A stretch of DNA of 64,000 nt from Planktothrix sp. GU0601_MAG3 (GTDB lineage: Bacteria > Cyanobacteriota > Cyanobacteriia > Cyanobacteriales > Microcoleaceae). Each line of letters starts with the position of its first letter. Within the stretch, counting starts at the first letter, position 1. The notes below the pieces were generated by a model. It saw only the letters and a program-made list of their open reading frames with translations. It searched no databases and was not told where the DNA came from. A program made the translations under genes and the position numbers. Positions 12,596 to 23,808 of this stretch are shown piece after piece. The DNA is taken from positions 480,001-544,000 of the forward strand of contig CP136572.1 of NCBI GenBank assembly GCA_035193785.1. Reading direction: 5' to 3'.

Positions 12596-15500
12596 TTACA
12601 ATTCTAAGGTAATTAATTGGGCAATTTCTTCGGTTTGGAAACCTAAAGCCATTGGTTTTTGTGCTTCAGGAATTATCTGCACATCATAAAGTTCTGTGAC
12701 TATTCCTTCTAAACGCAACCAGTGAACAATTGTTCCTGTATTAAGATCAATTACCATCATACCACAGCGCGGTTCGGCATCCTTTTTGGTGAGTAATTCA
12801 TCTAATTCTAAACCTCCAAAAGTCTTGTCATCTCCCCTAGGTTTGGAAAGTCCAACTATTGCCCAATTTTTCCAAAATGCTAGTCCTCGTAAATAACCGG
12901 GACAAAAGGCAATGGGGTTAAATTTCCCGGTATCTAAATCCACATATCCTAATTCTCCTTTCCCCGAATTTAACAACCACAACTTATCTTGATACCAGCG
13001 AGGTGAGTGCGGCATTGACAAGCCTGTGACGATAATATCATTAGATTCAATATCAATAACTACACCGCCGTTTTGTCGTCGATCGCGCCACCCATCTACC
13101 ACATCCGACTGACTCACGGCGGTGACATATTTTGCTTCCCCTTCCACCATTGCTAAACCGTTGAGGTGACAGCGATCTTCGTTGATATATTGTGAGATAA
13201 AGGGCGGTTTCCAGAGAGGTTTACAACTATGGCGATCGCTCAATGTTGCTATACAATTAAACAGCGTACTAATAAAAATGATTTGGTTATTTTTATCAAC
13301 AACAACATCGTGAATGTCGATATCACCTGTAGTATAGCCAATTCTTGGAATATATAGGCGATCATAACCTTGGTATTGCGCTCCCGAAGCTAATATATTA
13401 TCTAATTGCCAAAGTTGATATTTAGAACTAAGATAGATGCGTTCCGACGTACAGTAAAGCCCCATAGCGCGATCAAAAATTCGCCAATATCCAGAAATAG
13501 TATTAGTTTCGGAATGGCTACCAATTAAGATTAACCTGCTAGTTTGATAGGTGGTGCAAGCGAGGCTAATTTGTTGTTGGGTTAACCAAGATGGAAACTC
13601 GCGATCGCCTATTAAATCCTGTGGCAAATCCCCACTAGCAACCCCTTTCTGATTCTGATTTTCCTCCATATTTTTATCCCTTAAATCCCTTATTTTTTCC
13701 AATTTTTCGTCTCCTAAATTCCTGACTAAATTGCTTTTAAAATCAGGCTTTAAATCATTTTTCAACCTTGCCTCTGCTTCGTTTCCGATTCCTTCTGTCT
13801 TGTCGATCTGTATGGCTTCGGGCGACTGACCCGATTGATATCTTTCCCAAACCTTAAGATATCCCAACTCCAAATATCGCACGGTTTGAGGTGTATTAAA
13901 CAGAGGCAATTGGCGGCGATTTTCATTGAGATAATCTTTCAAATTTCGCAACTCTTGAGGGTGAGTAGCTAAATGTACCGCCAACTTTTCATAATCTTCT
14001 AAATTATTAACTATTAACTGTGGTAAATTAACCGCATTTAATAAACTTGCTCCCACCCGCGCTGCAAAAGTTTCTCCGGGGCAGGTAATCAAGGGGATTC
14101 CCATCCACAAAGCATCACTACCTGTCGTGTGAGCATTGTAATATAAAGTATCTAGGAATAAGTCGATCCAAATGTGGCGTGATAGGTGTTCCTCCTGTGG
14201 TAATCTCGGCGCAAAAATTAGGCGATTGCCCTCAATTCCCCGCAATTTAGCCTCGGATTTCAGGTTCCGAGTTGCTTCGGCATTGCTGTCTAATAACCAG
14301 AGTACACTATTAGGGACTTTCTCTAAAATTCCCATCCACAAGCTAAACATGACTGGCTCAATTTTGCGACTGTGATTGAAGCAGGCGAAGACAAATACAT
14401 CTTCTGGTAAGCCATATTTAGCTTTGGGATTTTTCTGTTGAATTTGCGCGTCTTCTGCGGGACAAACTCTCAGATAATTATTAATTTGATAGCTATTGGG
14501 TATACAAATAAATTTTTCACTAAAAAACTCAGCAAGGCGGGGAGGTGTGACAATATTATCTGTGATGATGTAATCAATAAATTCGGCTCCCATTGTACTT
14601 GGATGATCTATGTAGTTAATTGAAATAGGAGCAGGGCGCAGGGCTAAGATTTCTGGGTTAGAATTTTGGGTATATGCTCCCATGTCGATGAGAATGTGAA
14701 TGCCATCATTGTATATTTTTTCGGCGGCGGCTGGGGTAGCCATTCCTCGCAAGTCGGTAAATTTATCGCAGTCTGCTTCTACTTTTTTACGCTCCAAACT
14801 GCCGTCATTTGGGCCGAGAGAGTAGACGAATATTTCAAATTGAGCGCGATCGTGCAAGGCGAATAATCCACCGATTAAATGTGTTACAGCGTGGTTGTAG
14901 AAATTTCCAGATATGTAACCTATTCGCAGGGTTTGGGGAGGTATAGCAGGGGGAGTGTGAGGGGGAAAGTAATTTTGAGGGACTTTACTACTGACAACTT
15001 TAGAGAAGTACCGATTAATCGCCAGATGTCTGTCAGCCCCAAATGGCGAGTACATGATAAAGTCAAAAACCGAGAAGTCTTTTAAAATATTTTGTTTCTA
15101 TTAAACCTATGCCGATTTGCCACATTTTTTCGATTTCGGCTGCTAAATTATCCCACTCGCAAATCCCCAGGTGAATTTTCACTAAAGCTACCATTGCACT
15201 GATATTATTTGAGTCTAGCTGCAAGACTTTTTGATAATTTGCCACAGCTTCACTATATTGATCGCATTGGTATTGAATGTTGGCTAAGTTTCCCAAGGAT
15301 GGAATCAAGTCGGGTTGAATTGCTAAAGCTTTTTGATAGCAAATTTTCGCTGCTTCTAGCTTTTCTTGTTTGGTAAGTAAAACTCCTAGACTATTGTAGG
15401 CGATCGCGTAATTGGGATTATTAGTAATAGCTTGTTGGTAAGCCGCGATCGCTTCTTCATCTTCCCCTATATTTTCCAGCGCTATGCCTAAATTATGCCA

Positions 15501-15731
15501 ACATTGAGAGTAGCGCTGTTCGCAATTTAAAGCTTGGCGATAAAGTGCGATCGCCTCTGGCCATTCTTCCTTAACTAACTTAGCATTTCCCAATTGAAAA
15601 TAAGCAGGTGCATAATTGGGTTGCAGCGCAATAATCTGTAGATATTCCCTCCTCGCCGCCTCCCACTCGCCTTGTTTTTGCATAGCCCACGCTCTATCAT
15701 AGAGGCTTTCCACCGAAATTTGCTGAGACAT
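12596..15731 (-). CDS. TPR + O-GlcNAc transferase-like (GT41/SPINDLY) + TIGR03032 (DUF4915) fusion protein (apparent frameshift at ~15095)
   Basis: N-terminal TPRs; LRIGYISGNFYNHAV, FACFNHSRKI and DLFLDTLYYNAHTTGSDALWMGIP GT41 motifs; C-terminal TGDIDIHD, EDRCHLNGLA and GLSMPHSPRW TIGR03032 motifs. Confidence 0.85.
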
Positions 15732-15761
15732 TTTTTTAATCCTTTAAAATTACATCTGTAT

Positions 15762-15822
15762 CATCCTTTATGATAAAGCTGGAGACGACACCATTGATGG
15801 CGGTGATGGCAGTGATTTTATC
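15762..15822 (+). pseudogene. Short relic of RTX repeat coding sequence
   Basis: Reads ILYDKAGDDTIDGGDGSDFI; shares gacaccattgatggcggtgatgg with 3013-3035. Confidence 0.6.
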
Positions 15823-15831
15823 CTTCATTCT

Positions 15832-16999
15832 TCAGGCTTTAATTATCGAAATCACCCAATCAAAGGTTTTTAGGACTTGTTGCAATACGGTTTTATCTTC
15901 TAAGTTGGATAACTGTAATGTTGGTTTCCCGATATTCCGTAGGTTCTAAAGGGAGAGATAAACCGATCGCACTCAATTTATTTCTGAGTTCTAACCATTT
16001 TTCCTGTCGATCAAAAGGTGGTTGAGAACCATATTTATTAGAAGAAATTTCTAAACGTCCTGAAATATCAACGGTAAATAACTTTAACTGTTTTCGACCT
16101 TTTTCTTTCTGTTGTAATAAAGCCGTAAACCCACCATAAACATCTCCCGTTCCCCACTGTATAATAATTTCCGGTTCCTGAAGTTTTGCCCAATTATGGA
16201 TTTCTTGGGCTATTTTTGTTTCATCCTCTCCCCGACGCAGTTGGAGTGCTTCAAAAAAGGAAACTTCATCCCAACGGCGGCGTTCTCCCGTCGCACTGGA
16301 TTTTTTCTGTTGGGCTTCCGCCGTCTGACCAATTAACCGAGGAACTAAGGTTTTTAAGCCATCTTGACTAACATATTGTTTAATTTCTAAAGCCAAAACC
16401 TCCACTAAATCCGTTTGTTTATTCAGAAATTCTACCACCCGTCTTAAGGGATTATTAATCTCATCTGCAACAAAGACCAAACGCAGTTTTCCCGCCTGTA
16501 GATTCGTTTTAACTTTTTGCCAAAATCCATCTTCATTCAGATCTGAACCTAAAAATTCTTCAAACACTTGTTCAGGATCTCGACCTTGATCTCGACAATT
16601 GGCTTCAAATTGAGAAATAATTGATTCCATCGGCCAATATAATCCTAAATTCGCCGCATTATCTAACATCTGACCAATCATTTTTTGTCGAGTTTCCACA
16701 TTTCGGCTGCGTTTAACTGTGACCAATGTAGGAATAGAATTCTGATCCAAAAATAAATGATCGATTGACCAGCGACCCCCATTATCTTCCTCCGTCGGAA
16801 GGTTTACGTCCCGGGAAATTAATAACCACCGCCGCACAGACGTACCATGGCGCGTCTGTACTTGATCCATTTCATCCCCGGCTAAAAGATTGGGATAGGT
16901 CTCTAACAATTCCTGTATTTGGTCTTCAGAATCATAGGGCTGTTCCATCATTTCAACCAGCCGATCATTATCCTGAATGAGATAAATCCCTCCACCCAT
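15832..16999 (-). CDS. Hypothetical protein with PD-(D/E)XK nuclease-like N-terminal domain (apparent frameshift at ~15925)
   Basis: SIDHLFLDQNSIPTLVTVKRS resembles a D...ExK motif with E>T; the corrected frame ends ...FDWVISIIKA*. Confidence 0.55.
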
Positions 17000-17042
17000 A
17001 TTATTTACCTATTTAATTCCTAGATTCAGTGATTTCTAATGC

Positions 17043-17888
17043 TTAATAATTTCCCGTAAACACCCGTTGTGCTGGCCCGGTCATATATAAATGTTGATCT
17101 TGATTTGACCATTCAATCTCAAGACAACCTCCGGGTAATTCCACTGTAACAACAAAATCGCAATTTCCTGTTAAAATTCCAGCAACCACAGAAGCACAAG
17201 CTCCCGTTCCACAGGCTAGAGTTGCACCAGCACCCCGTTCCCATACCCGCATTTTGAGATAATTGCGGTTAATCACTTGAATAAATTCCGTATTGATGCG
17301 TTCAGGGAAAACGGCATGATGCTCAAATAAAGGGCCGATTTCTGCGAGTTTAATTTCCTCAACATCCTCTACAAAGGTAATACAATGGGGGTTTCCCATA
17401 CTCACACAGGTGACATTCCAAGAATGTCCAGCTACTAATAGGGGAACATCAACTACTTTCTCATCGGCGGCGGCCAGGGTGGTGGGAATTTCCCGGGCTA
17501 ACAGTCGTGGAAGTCCCATATCCACTTTAACTTGGCCGTTGGCTTGTAATACCGGAGTAATCACACCCGCTAGGGTATGGATTTTGTAGCTTACGGGGGA
17601 GGTACTCGGATCGCGGTTTTCCAGTTCAGCGATAAATTTAGCTAGACAGCGAATTCCGTTTCCACACATCTGAGGTTCCGAACCATCGGAGTTGAAAATT
17701 CGCATGGTATAGTCAGTGTTGGAGGTTCCACTGTTCGCGAAGATCACGCCGTCAGCACCAATGCCAAAATTGCGATCGCACATTTCTATGGCTTGTTCTG
17801 GGGTAATTGGGGGTTCTGACTGATGGCGATTATCAATCAGGATGAAATCATTCCCTAAACCGTGATATTTCGTAAATGTAATGGTCAT
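17043..17888 (-). CDS. dapF: Diaminopimelate epimerase
   Basis: [25 protein letters not shown] and [16 protein letters not shown] motifs. Confidence 0.97.
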   Translation of the reverse strand: MTITFTKYHGLGNDFILIDNRHQSEPPITPEQAIEMCDRNFGIGADGVIFANSGTSNTDYTMRIFNSDGSEPQMCGNGIRCLAKFIAELENRDPSTSPVSYKIHTLAGVITPVLQANGQVKVDMGLPRLLAREIPTTLAAADEKVVDVPLLVAGHSWNVTCVSMGNPHCITFVEDVEEIKLAEIGPLFEHHAVFPERINTEFIQVINRNYLKMRVWERGAGATLACGTGACASVVAGILTGNCDFVVTVELPGGCLEIEWSNQDQHLYMTGPAQRVFTGNY

Positions 17889-18011
17889 AAATTTCTCCAC
17901 TGAAGCTGGTTATTTTAACTAGGGGCGTTGGGTCGAGGGTTGATCAAAAAGTTGGAAATCCCTGACTCGTTATCTATTATCCTTTTATCGTTGAATTAAA
18001 AACAACTCCTT

Positions 18012-18221
18012 ATGTCTGAATTTAATACGGATTTACCCAGCATTCGCAAAGTTCAAGGGTATACCAAGGATAAAAACTCAGTGGAAGTTAAACTGCTAAC
18101 GAATGATCTTCTCGTAGGAACGATTATTTGGCAAGATCCCAACTGTATTTGTTTGCAAGACCTAAACAACCTACAAGTCTTGATTTGGCGACATTCGATT
18201 GCTTTTATTCGTCCCAAATAG
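18012..18221 (+). CDS. hfq: Cyanobacterial Hfq-like protein
   Basis: 69 aa Sm-fold pattern (LPSIRKVQ...VKLLTND...IIWQD...LIWRHSIAFI), divergent from dapF as known in cyanobacteria. Confidence 0.85.
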   Translation: MSEFNTDLPSIRKVQGYTKDKNSVEVKLLTNDLLVGTIIWQDPNCICLQDLNNLQVLIWRHSIAFIRPK

Positions 18222-18664
18222 GAGACCTATTCAGCATAACCGTTATACAACAATGGTTTTAGCCAATCCTCCTTCCCTATGGGAGGTGTCCTGGTGCTAA
18301 ATTGTGGCGTAATTTTCAAAACCCCGTAATATTACGGAGATTCAAACTCGATAATATTAACAACATCATTCCCCAACTCAGCCTAGATTTCCTACAATTT
18401 ATATATAAGTTTACCCCTCTCTCCATAGGAACTTTGGTCAATGCTTCAAATAAAAGCTGATCTCTATAAAGGTTCTGTAAAACTTCCAAGATTTTTTATA
18501 AATACGGGTAAAAAACTAATAAACTTTGCTATTGTATTTATTAACGGCTTGTATGTAATCACTCTGGTTGCTGAGATGTCCCACTCCCAGGAGACAGACA
18601 GGGAAACAGAGTTATGAGTTCAGGGTCACAGTAACCAGTAGGATATTCGCAAACAGGAGTCCCA

Positions 18665-19435
18665 ATGAAAACTACATTCTTCACAACCTTAATCTCCACC
18701 CTAGCTTTAACCGGGATTTGCGCAGCCTCGGCTCAAGCATTTACCTTCAAAACCAACTACACCACATCAGATACAAGTAAGTGGAAAAGCGACATCTCTT
18801 TGAGTTCAGTCGAAATTGGCAGTAAGACCTACAGCAATTTCTCCCTGGTCGAAGATGTTAATATCATCCAAAATGATCTCTGGAAAGGTGGCAATACAGG
18901 CGCAGCCAGTAGCGACAAAGGGGATAATGCTTCTGGGGTGCAGGTGGAAAATCCAACGGGAAGTAATTTAGCAGCCTCTCTAGGAAATTTAAACCTCAGC
19001 AATATTGTTGATACCGAGGACGGTGGCAAATTTACCCTAGACTTGTTCTTTGGCAAACCCGTGGATAATTTCCTGTTCTTTGAACGCGGTAAAAACAGTC
19101 AACTCAGAGTTCAAGCCTTGGATACAAGTGGTAACTTGATTGGCAACTCCATTAAACTATATTCATCAGAATGGCAGGATGCCGGTTATAGCCTTGACAC
19201 CACAGAAATCGGTGGTGCTCAAAAAGTAGGGTCTTTAGGAGTCAGTTTGTTTGATTTAGGACTGGCCGATGCTAAATCTTTTGGTGGTCTACGGTTAATC
19301 AGCAAATCTGATTATGTGGGCCCTGATTTTAAAGTGGTGGGTCTAAATGTGGCCGTTCCTGAACCCACGACTGTTTTAGGATTAGGTTTAGTGGGTGCTG
19401 CTTTAGCCATGTCTCGTCGCAAAAAAGCTCAATAA
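18665..19435 (+). CDS. PEP-CTERM (exosortase-dependent) surface protein
   Basis: Signal peptide ending ASAQA; C-terminus VPEPTTVLGLGLVGAALAMSRRKKAQ. Confidence 0.9.
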   Translation: MKTTFFTTLISTLALTGICAASAQAFTFKTNYTTSDTSKWKSDISLSSVEIGSKTYSNFSLVEDVNIIQNDLWKGGNTGAASSDKGDNASGVQVENPTGSNLAASLGNLNLSNIVDTEDGGKFTLDLFFGKPVDNFLFFERGKNSQLRVQALDTSGNLIGNSIKLYSSEWQDAGYSLDTTEIGGAQKVGSLGVSLFDLGLADAKSFGGLRLISKSDYVGPDFKVVGLNVAVPEPTTVLGLGLVGAALAMSRRKKAQ

Positions 19436-19482
19436 GGCATATCCATTGAAGAAACTAATATTAGACATCTTTAAATTAACTA

Positions 19483-19520
19483 CCGCCCCTAAAAACAACG
19501 GTACGAGGGGCGGTTTGATT
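19483..19520 (+). terminator. Probable intrinsic terminator
   Basis: ccgcccct...ggggcgg stem followed by tttgatttt; paralogous copy at ~20870-20912. Confidence 0.55.
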
Positions 19521-19653
19521 TTATAACACTTGCCGAGAACACCCTATCCCCTTGTGGGTGTGGCAGTTGACAGATTATGGGAGGGAATATCGGCACAGGA
19601 CTATTTAGCTATTTAGTCCAACTTCCCTAGGGCAACCCGGATTTTCCATAATA

Positions 19654-19765
19654 TATAGCAGTTGCCACATCTGTTAGGACATTCTTGAAAGCTAAAAGCT
19701 GCTCATAGTAAGTATTTACCCATTGCCCATAGCCAGATTGCCTATTCCCTATTGCCTCTTGCTAT
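19654..19765. mobile_element. Small MITE-like element with TATAGCA...TGCTATA ends
   Basis: Terminal inverted repeat with internal (TATTGCC)-like heptamers; related element at 22604-22701. Confidence 0.5.
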
Positions 19766-20039
19766 AAATACAGGAATTTGGGAGAGCGATCCTATTTTTT
19801 TATAGAAATTTCATCAACCCTTTAAACAAAAGCTGATCTCTATAAAAGTTATGTAAAACTTTTAGCAATTTTGATCAATACCGATGACATATCCTGCCAA
19901 TTTGTTATTGTGTTATTAACGACTTGTATGTAATAACTCTGGTTGCTGAAATGTCCCATTCTAAGGAGACACTCAGAAAAACAGAGTCACGAGTTCGGGG
20001 TCTAAGTGACCAGTAGGATATTCACACACAGGAGTCTCA

Positions 20040-20823
20040 ATGAAAACTACATTCTTCACAACATTAATCTCCACCCTAGCTTTAACCGGGATTTGCGCGA
20101 CCTCGGCTCAAGCATTCACCTTCAAAACCAACTACACAGAGGATGCCAACCAATCCCAAGGTGACATTTACCTCAACTCCGTCGAATTTGGTGGCAAAGT
20201 TCGTACGGATTTTGCCCTAGTTAATAAAGTCAATATTCTTCAAAACGATCTCTGGACGGGTGGAAATACCGGGGCAGCGAGTGCCGATAAAGCCGACTTT
20301 GCCACCGTGGGTATCACCGAAGAAAACTTAACCAGTGCCGGTGCAGTTCAAGCCCAAGGCAACCGCTACCTCAGCAGTATTATTGATACTGAGGAATACG
20401 GCAAATTCAGTATGGATATTTTCTTCGACCAACCCGTTGATAACATCTTGGCTTGGGAACGGATGAATGCGGACAATAGTTTAATGGATGTTATTGCCTT
20501 AGATTCAGTTGGGAATGTCATTGGTAACTTGCTGACTTTAGGTCAAGGAGCCTTTGGCTGGACGGAAGCTGGATATAGTTTGGATACCACAGAAATTGGC
20601 GGCGCTCAAAAAGTTGGGTCTGTAGGCCTGAGTCTGGCTGACCTAGGAGTGGGTGGTAAGTCCATTGCCGGACTGCGAGTGTCCAGTCGGGGTGCTGGTT
20701 ATTTTGGCCCAGACTGGAAAATTGTGGGAACCCAAGCGGCTGTTTCCTGAACCCGCGACTGTTTTAGGATTAGGTTTAGTGGGTGCTGCTTTAGCTGTGT
20801 CTCGCCGTAAAAAAGCTCAATAA
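20040..20823 (+). CDS. PEP-CTERM surface protein, paralog of 18665..19435 (apparent frameshift at ~20743)
   Basis: Same signal peptide; removing one T from GTTTC restores VPEPATVLGLGLVGAALAVSRRKKAQ*. Confidence 0.9.
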
Positions 20824-21115
20824 GACCTATCTGTTGAATTAGTTAATATTAGACATCTATAAATTAACCGCCGCCCCATGAAATGAAAACATGATGGGGG
20901 GCGGTTTGATTTTATAGGTGTAGCCGTCGCACGACTCACGGTAATAGAATTAATAGATGAATAAAAAATGATAATATTGTCCAAATAACTTCAGTACCCC
21001 AAGGCGACGGTGGGTTAAAATGAAGGCTTGATAAATTAGTATCAAAAGTTACAGTTAACCGTTCTCTAAAAATCTTATATCTCAATTACCTTAAAAAAAA
21101 TAGGGGCAAAAGGCT

Positions 21116-22549
21116 GTGCGATTTCAATCTTACGATCCGGGTGAATTCTACGATGAACTGTTTGTGGCAAAGGGACAACCTCGTTCCTATGCAGCCCAAT
21201 TAATAGATCGAATTAATTCTTTATCCCCAGGGGATTTAGAAATTCGACAGGAAGCGGCTAAAACAGCAATGATGAAATTGGGAGCAACTTTTAACGTTTA
21301 TAATGATAGTCAAGGCACAGAAAGAATATTACCCTTTGACTTAATTCCTAGAATTGTTTCTGCTTCAGAGTGGGTTCATTTAGAACGAGGATTAAAGCAA
21401 CGTATTCATGTATTAAATTTATTTATTAATGATATCTATGGAGAGCAAAAAATTGTTAAAGATGGAATTATTCCCGAAGAATTAATCTTATCTTCTAAAG
21501 GATTTCTTAAACCCTGTATGGGATTAAAACCCCCCCAGGGAATTTGGTGTCATATTACTGGGACAGATTTAGTAAGAGATCGAGAGGGAAAATGGTACGT
21601 TCTCGAAGATAATTTACGCTGTCCCTCGGGGGTTTCCTATGTTTTAGAAAATCGCCGGGTGATGAAAAGCACATTTCCCCAACTTTTTGCTAAATTAGGG
21701 ATTCAACCCGTTGATGAATACCCCAGTCATTTATTAGATACTTTGCTGAATTTAGTCGGAGATCATATTAATAATCCGACGGTAGTTGTTTTAACTCCGG
21801 GGATGTATAATTCTGCCTACTTTGAACATTCCTTTTTAGCCCAACAAATGGGGGTAGAATTGGTCGAAGGACGGGATTTAGTGGTGAGTGATGGCTATGT
21901 ACAAATGCGAACCACAAAGGGATTAAAACGGGTGGATGTGATTTATCGTCGAATTGATGATACTTTTATTGATCCGTTAGTATTTAATCCCGAATCAATG
22001 TTAGGAGTTCCTGGGTTAACGGAAGTCTATCGCAATGGTCGAGTTGCTCTGGCGAATGCTTTGGGAACCGGAATTGCGGATGATAAAGTGATTTATGCTT
22101 ATGTTCCCCAAATGATTCAATATTATTTAGGAGAAGAACAAATTTTATCCAATGTTCCGACCTATTTATGTTGGGAACCCAAACAACTAGAATATGTGCT
22201 AAATCATCTGGATCAATTAGTCGTTAAAGCGGCGAATGAAGCGGGGGGATATGGGATGTTAGTTGGAACCCAATCTACTGAAGTAGAACGTCAAGAATTT
22301 GCTGAAAAAATCAAGGCGAATCCCCGAAATTATATTGCACAACCGACATTATCTTTATCTCGGGTTCCTACCTTACTCGGAGATACTTTTGAAGGGTGTC
22401 ACGTTGATTTAAGACCCTATATTTTATATGGTGAAGATATCTATATTCATCCGGGGGGATTAACTAGGGTGGCGATGAAAAAAGGATCATTAGTTGTTAA
22501 TTCTTCTCAAGGAGGAGGGAGTAAGGATACTTGGGTTTTATGTGAATAA
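21116..22549 (+). CDS. Circularly permuted type 2 ATP-grasp protein
   Basis: VLEDNLRCPSGVSY, VDVIYRRIDD and VVNSSQGGGSKDTW motifs. Confidence 0.92.
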   Translation: MRFQSYDPGEFYDELFVAKGQPRSYAAQLIDRINSLSPGDLEIRQEAAKTAMMKLGATFNVYNDSQGTERILPFDLIPRIVSASEWVHLERGLKQRIHVLNLFINDIYGEQKIVKDGIIPEELILSSKGFLKPCMGLKPPQGIWCHITGTDLVRDREGKWYVLEDNLRCPSGVSYVLENRRVMKSTFPQLFAKLGIQPVDEYPSHLLDTLLNLVGDHINNPTVVVLTPGMYNSAYFEHSFLAQQMGVELVEGRDLVVSDGYVQMRTTKGLKRVDVIYRRIDDTFIDPLVFNPESMLGVPGLTEVYRNGRVALANALGTGIADDKVIYAYVPQMIQYYLGEEQILSNVPTYLCWEPKQLEYVLNHLDQLVVKAANEAGGYGMLVGTQSTEVERQEFAEKIKANPRNYIAQPTLSLSRVPTLLGDTFEGCHVDLRPYILYGEDIYIHPGGLTRVAMKKGSLVVNSSQGGGSKDTWVLCE

Positions 22550-22556
22550 ATCTGGA

Positions 22557-22740
22557 TCACGGATTTAAGAGGATTTCACGGATTTCACGGATTTTAATCT
22601 GTGTTATAGCAGGGAACAGGGAACACCGCAGGAAAAGATGGGTGTACGGTGCACGGTTTTAGCATCAGTCTATTTCCTAACACCCCAGGCGCGACTGATA
22701 TAATCTGTGTTAATCTGCGTAATCCTCTTAAATCTGTGAT
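22557..22740. mobile_element. Nested MITE-like repeats
   Basis: Outer inverted repeat atcacggatttaagaggatt / aatcctcttaaatctgtgat; inner TATAGCAG...CTGATATA element; (cggatttca)n units. Confidence 0.55.
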
Positions 22741-22817
22741 CGGATTTCACGGATTTCACGGATTTTTTTTGGTGCGGATTCATCATATTCAACGGTAAAC
22801 CGTTAACAATTTTTAAT

Positions 22818-23808
22818 ATGTTAAGTCGTGTTGCAGATTCTATTTATTGGTTAAATCGTTATGTAGAACGGGCGGAAAATATTGCTCGTTTTATTGACGT
22901 TAATCAAAATTTGTTATTAGATTCTCCCTCTGGTGTTCAACAACAGTGGAAACCAATTGTTGTGACGACGGGAGATTTAGAACTATTTAAAGAACGCTAT
23001 GGAGAAGCGACGGCGGAAAATGTGATTCGTTTTTTGACGTTTGATAGTAATTATCCCAGTTCTATTTTATCTTGTGTGCGGGCAGCCCGGGAAAATGCTC
23101 GTTCAGTTCGAGAAATTATTTCCTCGGAAATGTGGGAACAGGTGAATGAATTTTATATGATGGTTAGAGATGCGGCTTTGGGAGATGGTTCCTCTCAACT
23201 CTCGGATTTCTTCTATCAAGTGAAAATGCGCGGACACCTGTTTGCGGGGGTGATGGACGCTACGATGTCCCATAATGAAGGGTGGCATTTTGGCAATATG
23301 GGGAGATTATTAGAACGGGCGGATAAAACCTCCCGAATTTTAGATGTCAAGTATTATATTTTGTTACCTTCGGTACAGGATGTGGGAACAACTATTGATG
23401 AAATTCAGTGGATTGCCTTGTTAAAATCTGCTAGTGCTTATGAAATGTATCGGAAACACAAACAACACCGAATTACACCCTCTCGAGTGGTGGAATTTTT
23501 AATCTTAGATCGAGAGTTTCCCCGTTCAATTGAATATTGTTTGTTACAGGCGGAGCGATCGCTGCAATGTATTACCGGAAACTAGCCCCGGAACTTGGCA
23601 AAATCCCGCCGAACGGGAGTTGGGACGGTTGCGTTCTGAACTCGATTATCTGACTATTGAAGAAATTATGCAAACCGGAATTCATGAATTTTTAGATGAT
23701 TTACAAAATCGGATGAATCATGTCGGTGAGCGAATTTATGAGGCCTTTTTTGCCCTGCAACCGGTGGTTAGTCCCCTTGTCCAGACTCAAACTCAAGTCA
23801 GTTCCTGA
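22818..23808 (+). CDS. Alpha-E domain protein (DUF403) (apparent frameshift at ~23579)
   Basis: MLSRVADSIYWLNRYVERAEN, GRLLERADKTSRILDVKY and FPRS motifs; follows the ATP-grasp gene. Confidence 0.9.

Noticed and set aside
18564..18638. Known c-di-GMP or c-di-AMP riboswitch
   Set aside because: I could not match the consensus of either; kept only as an unassigned structured leader.
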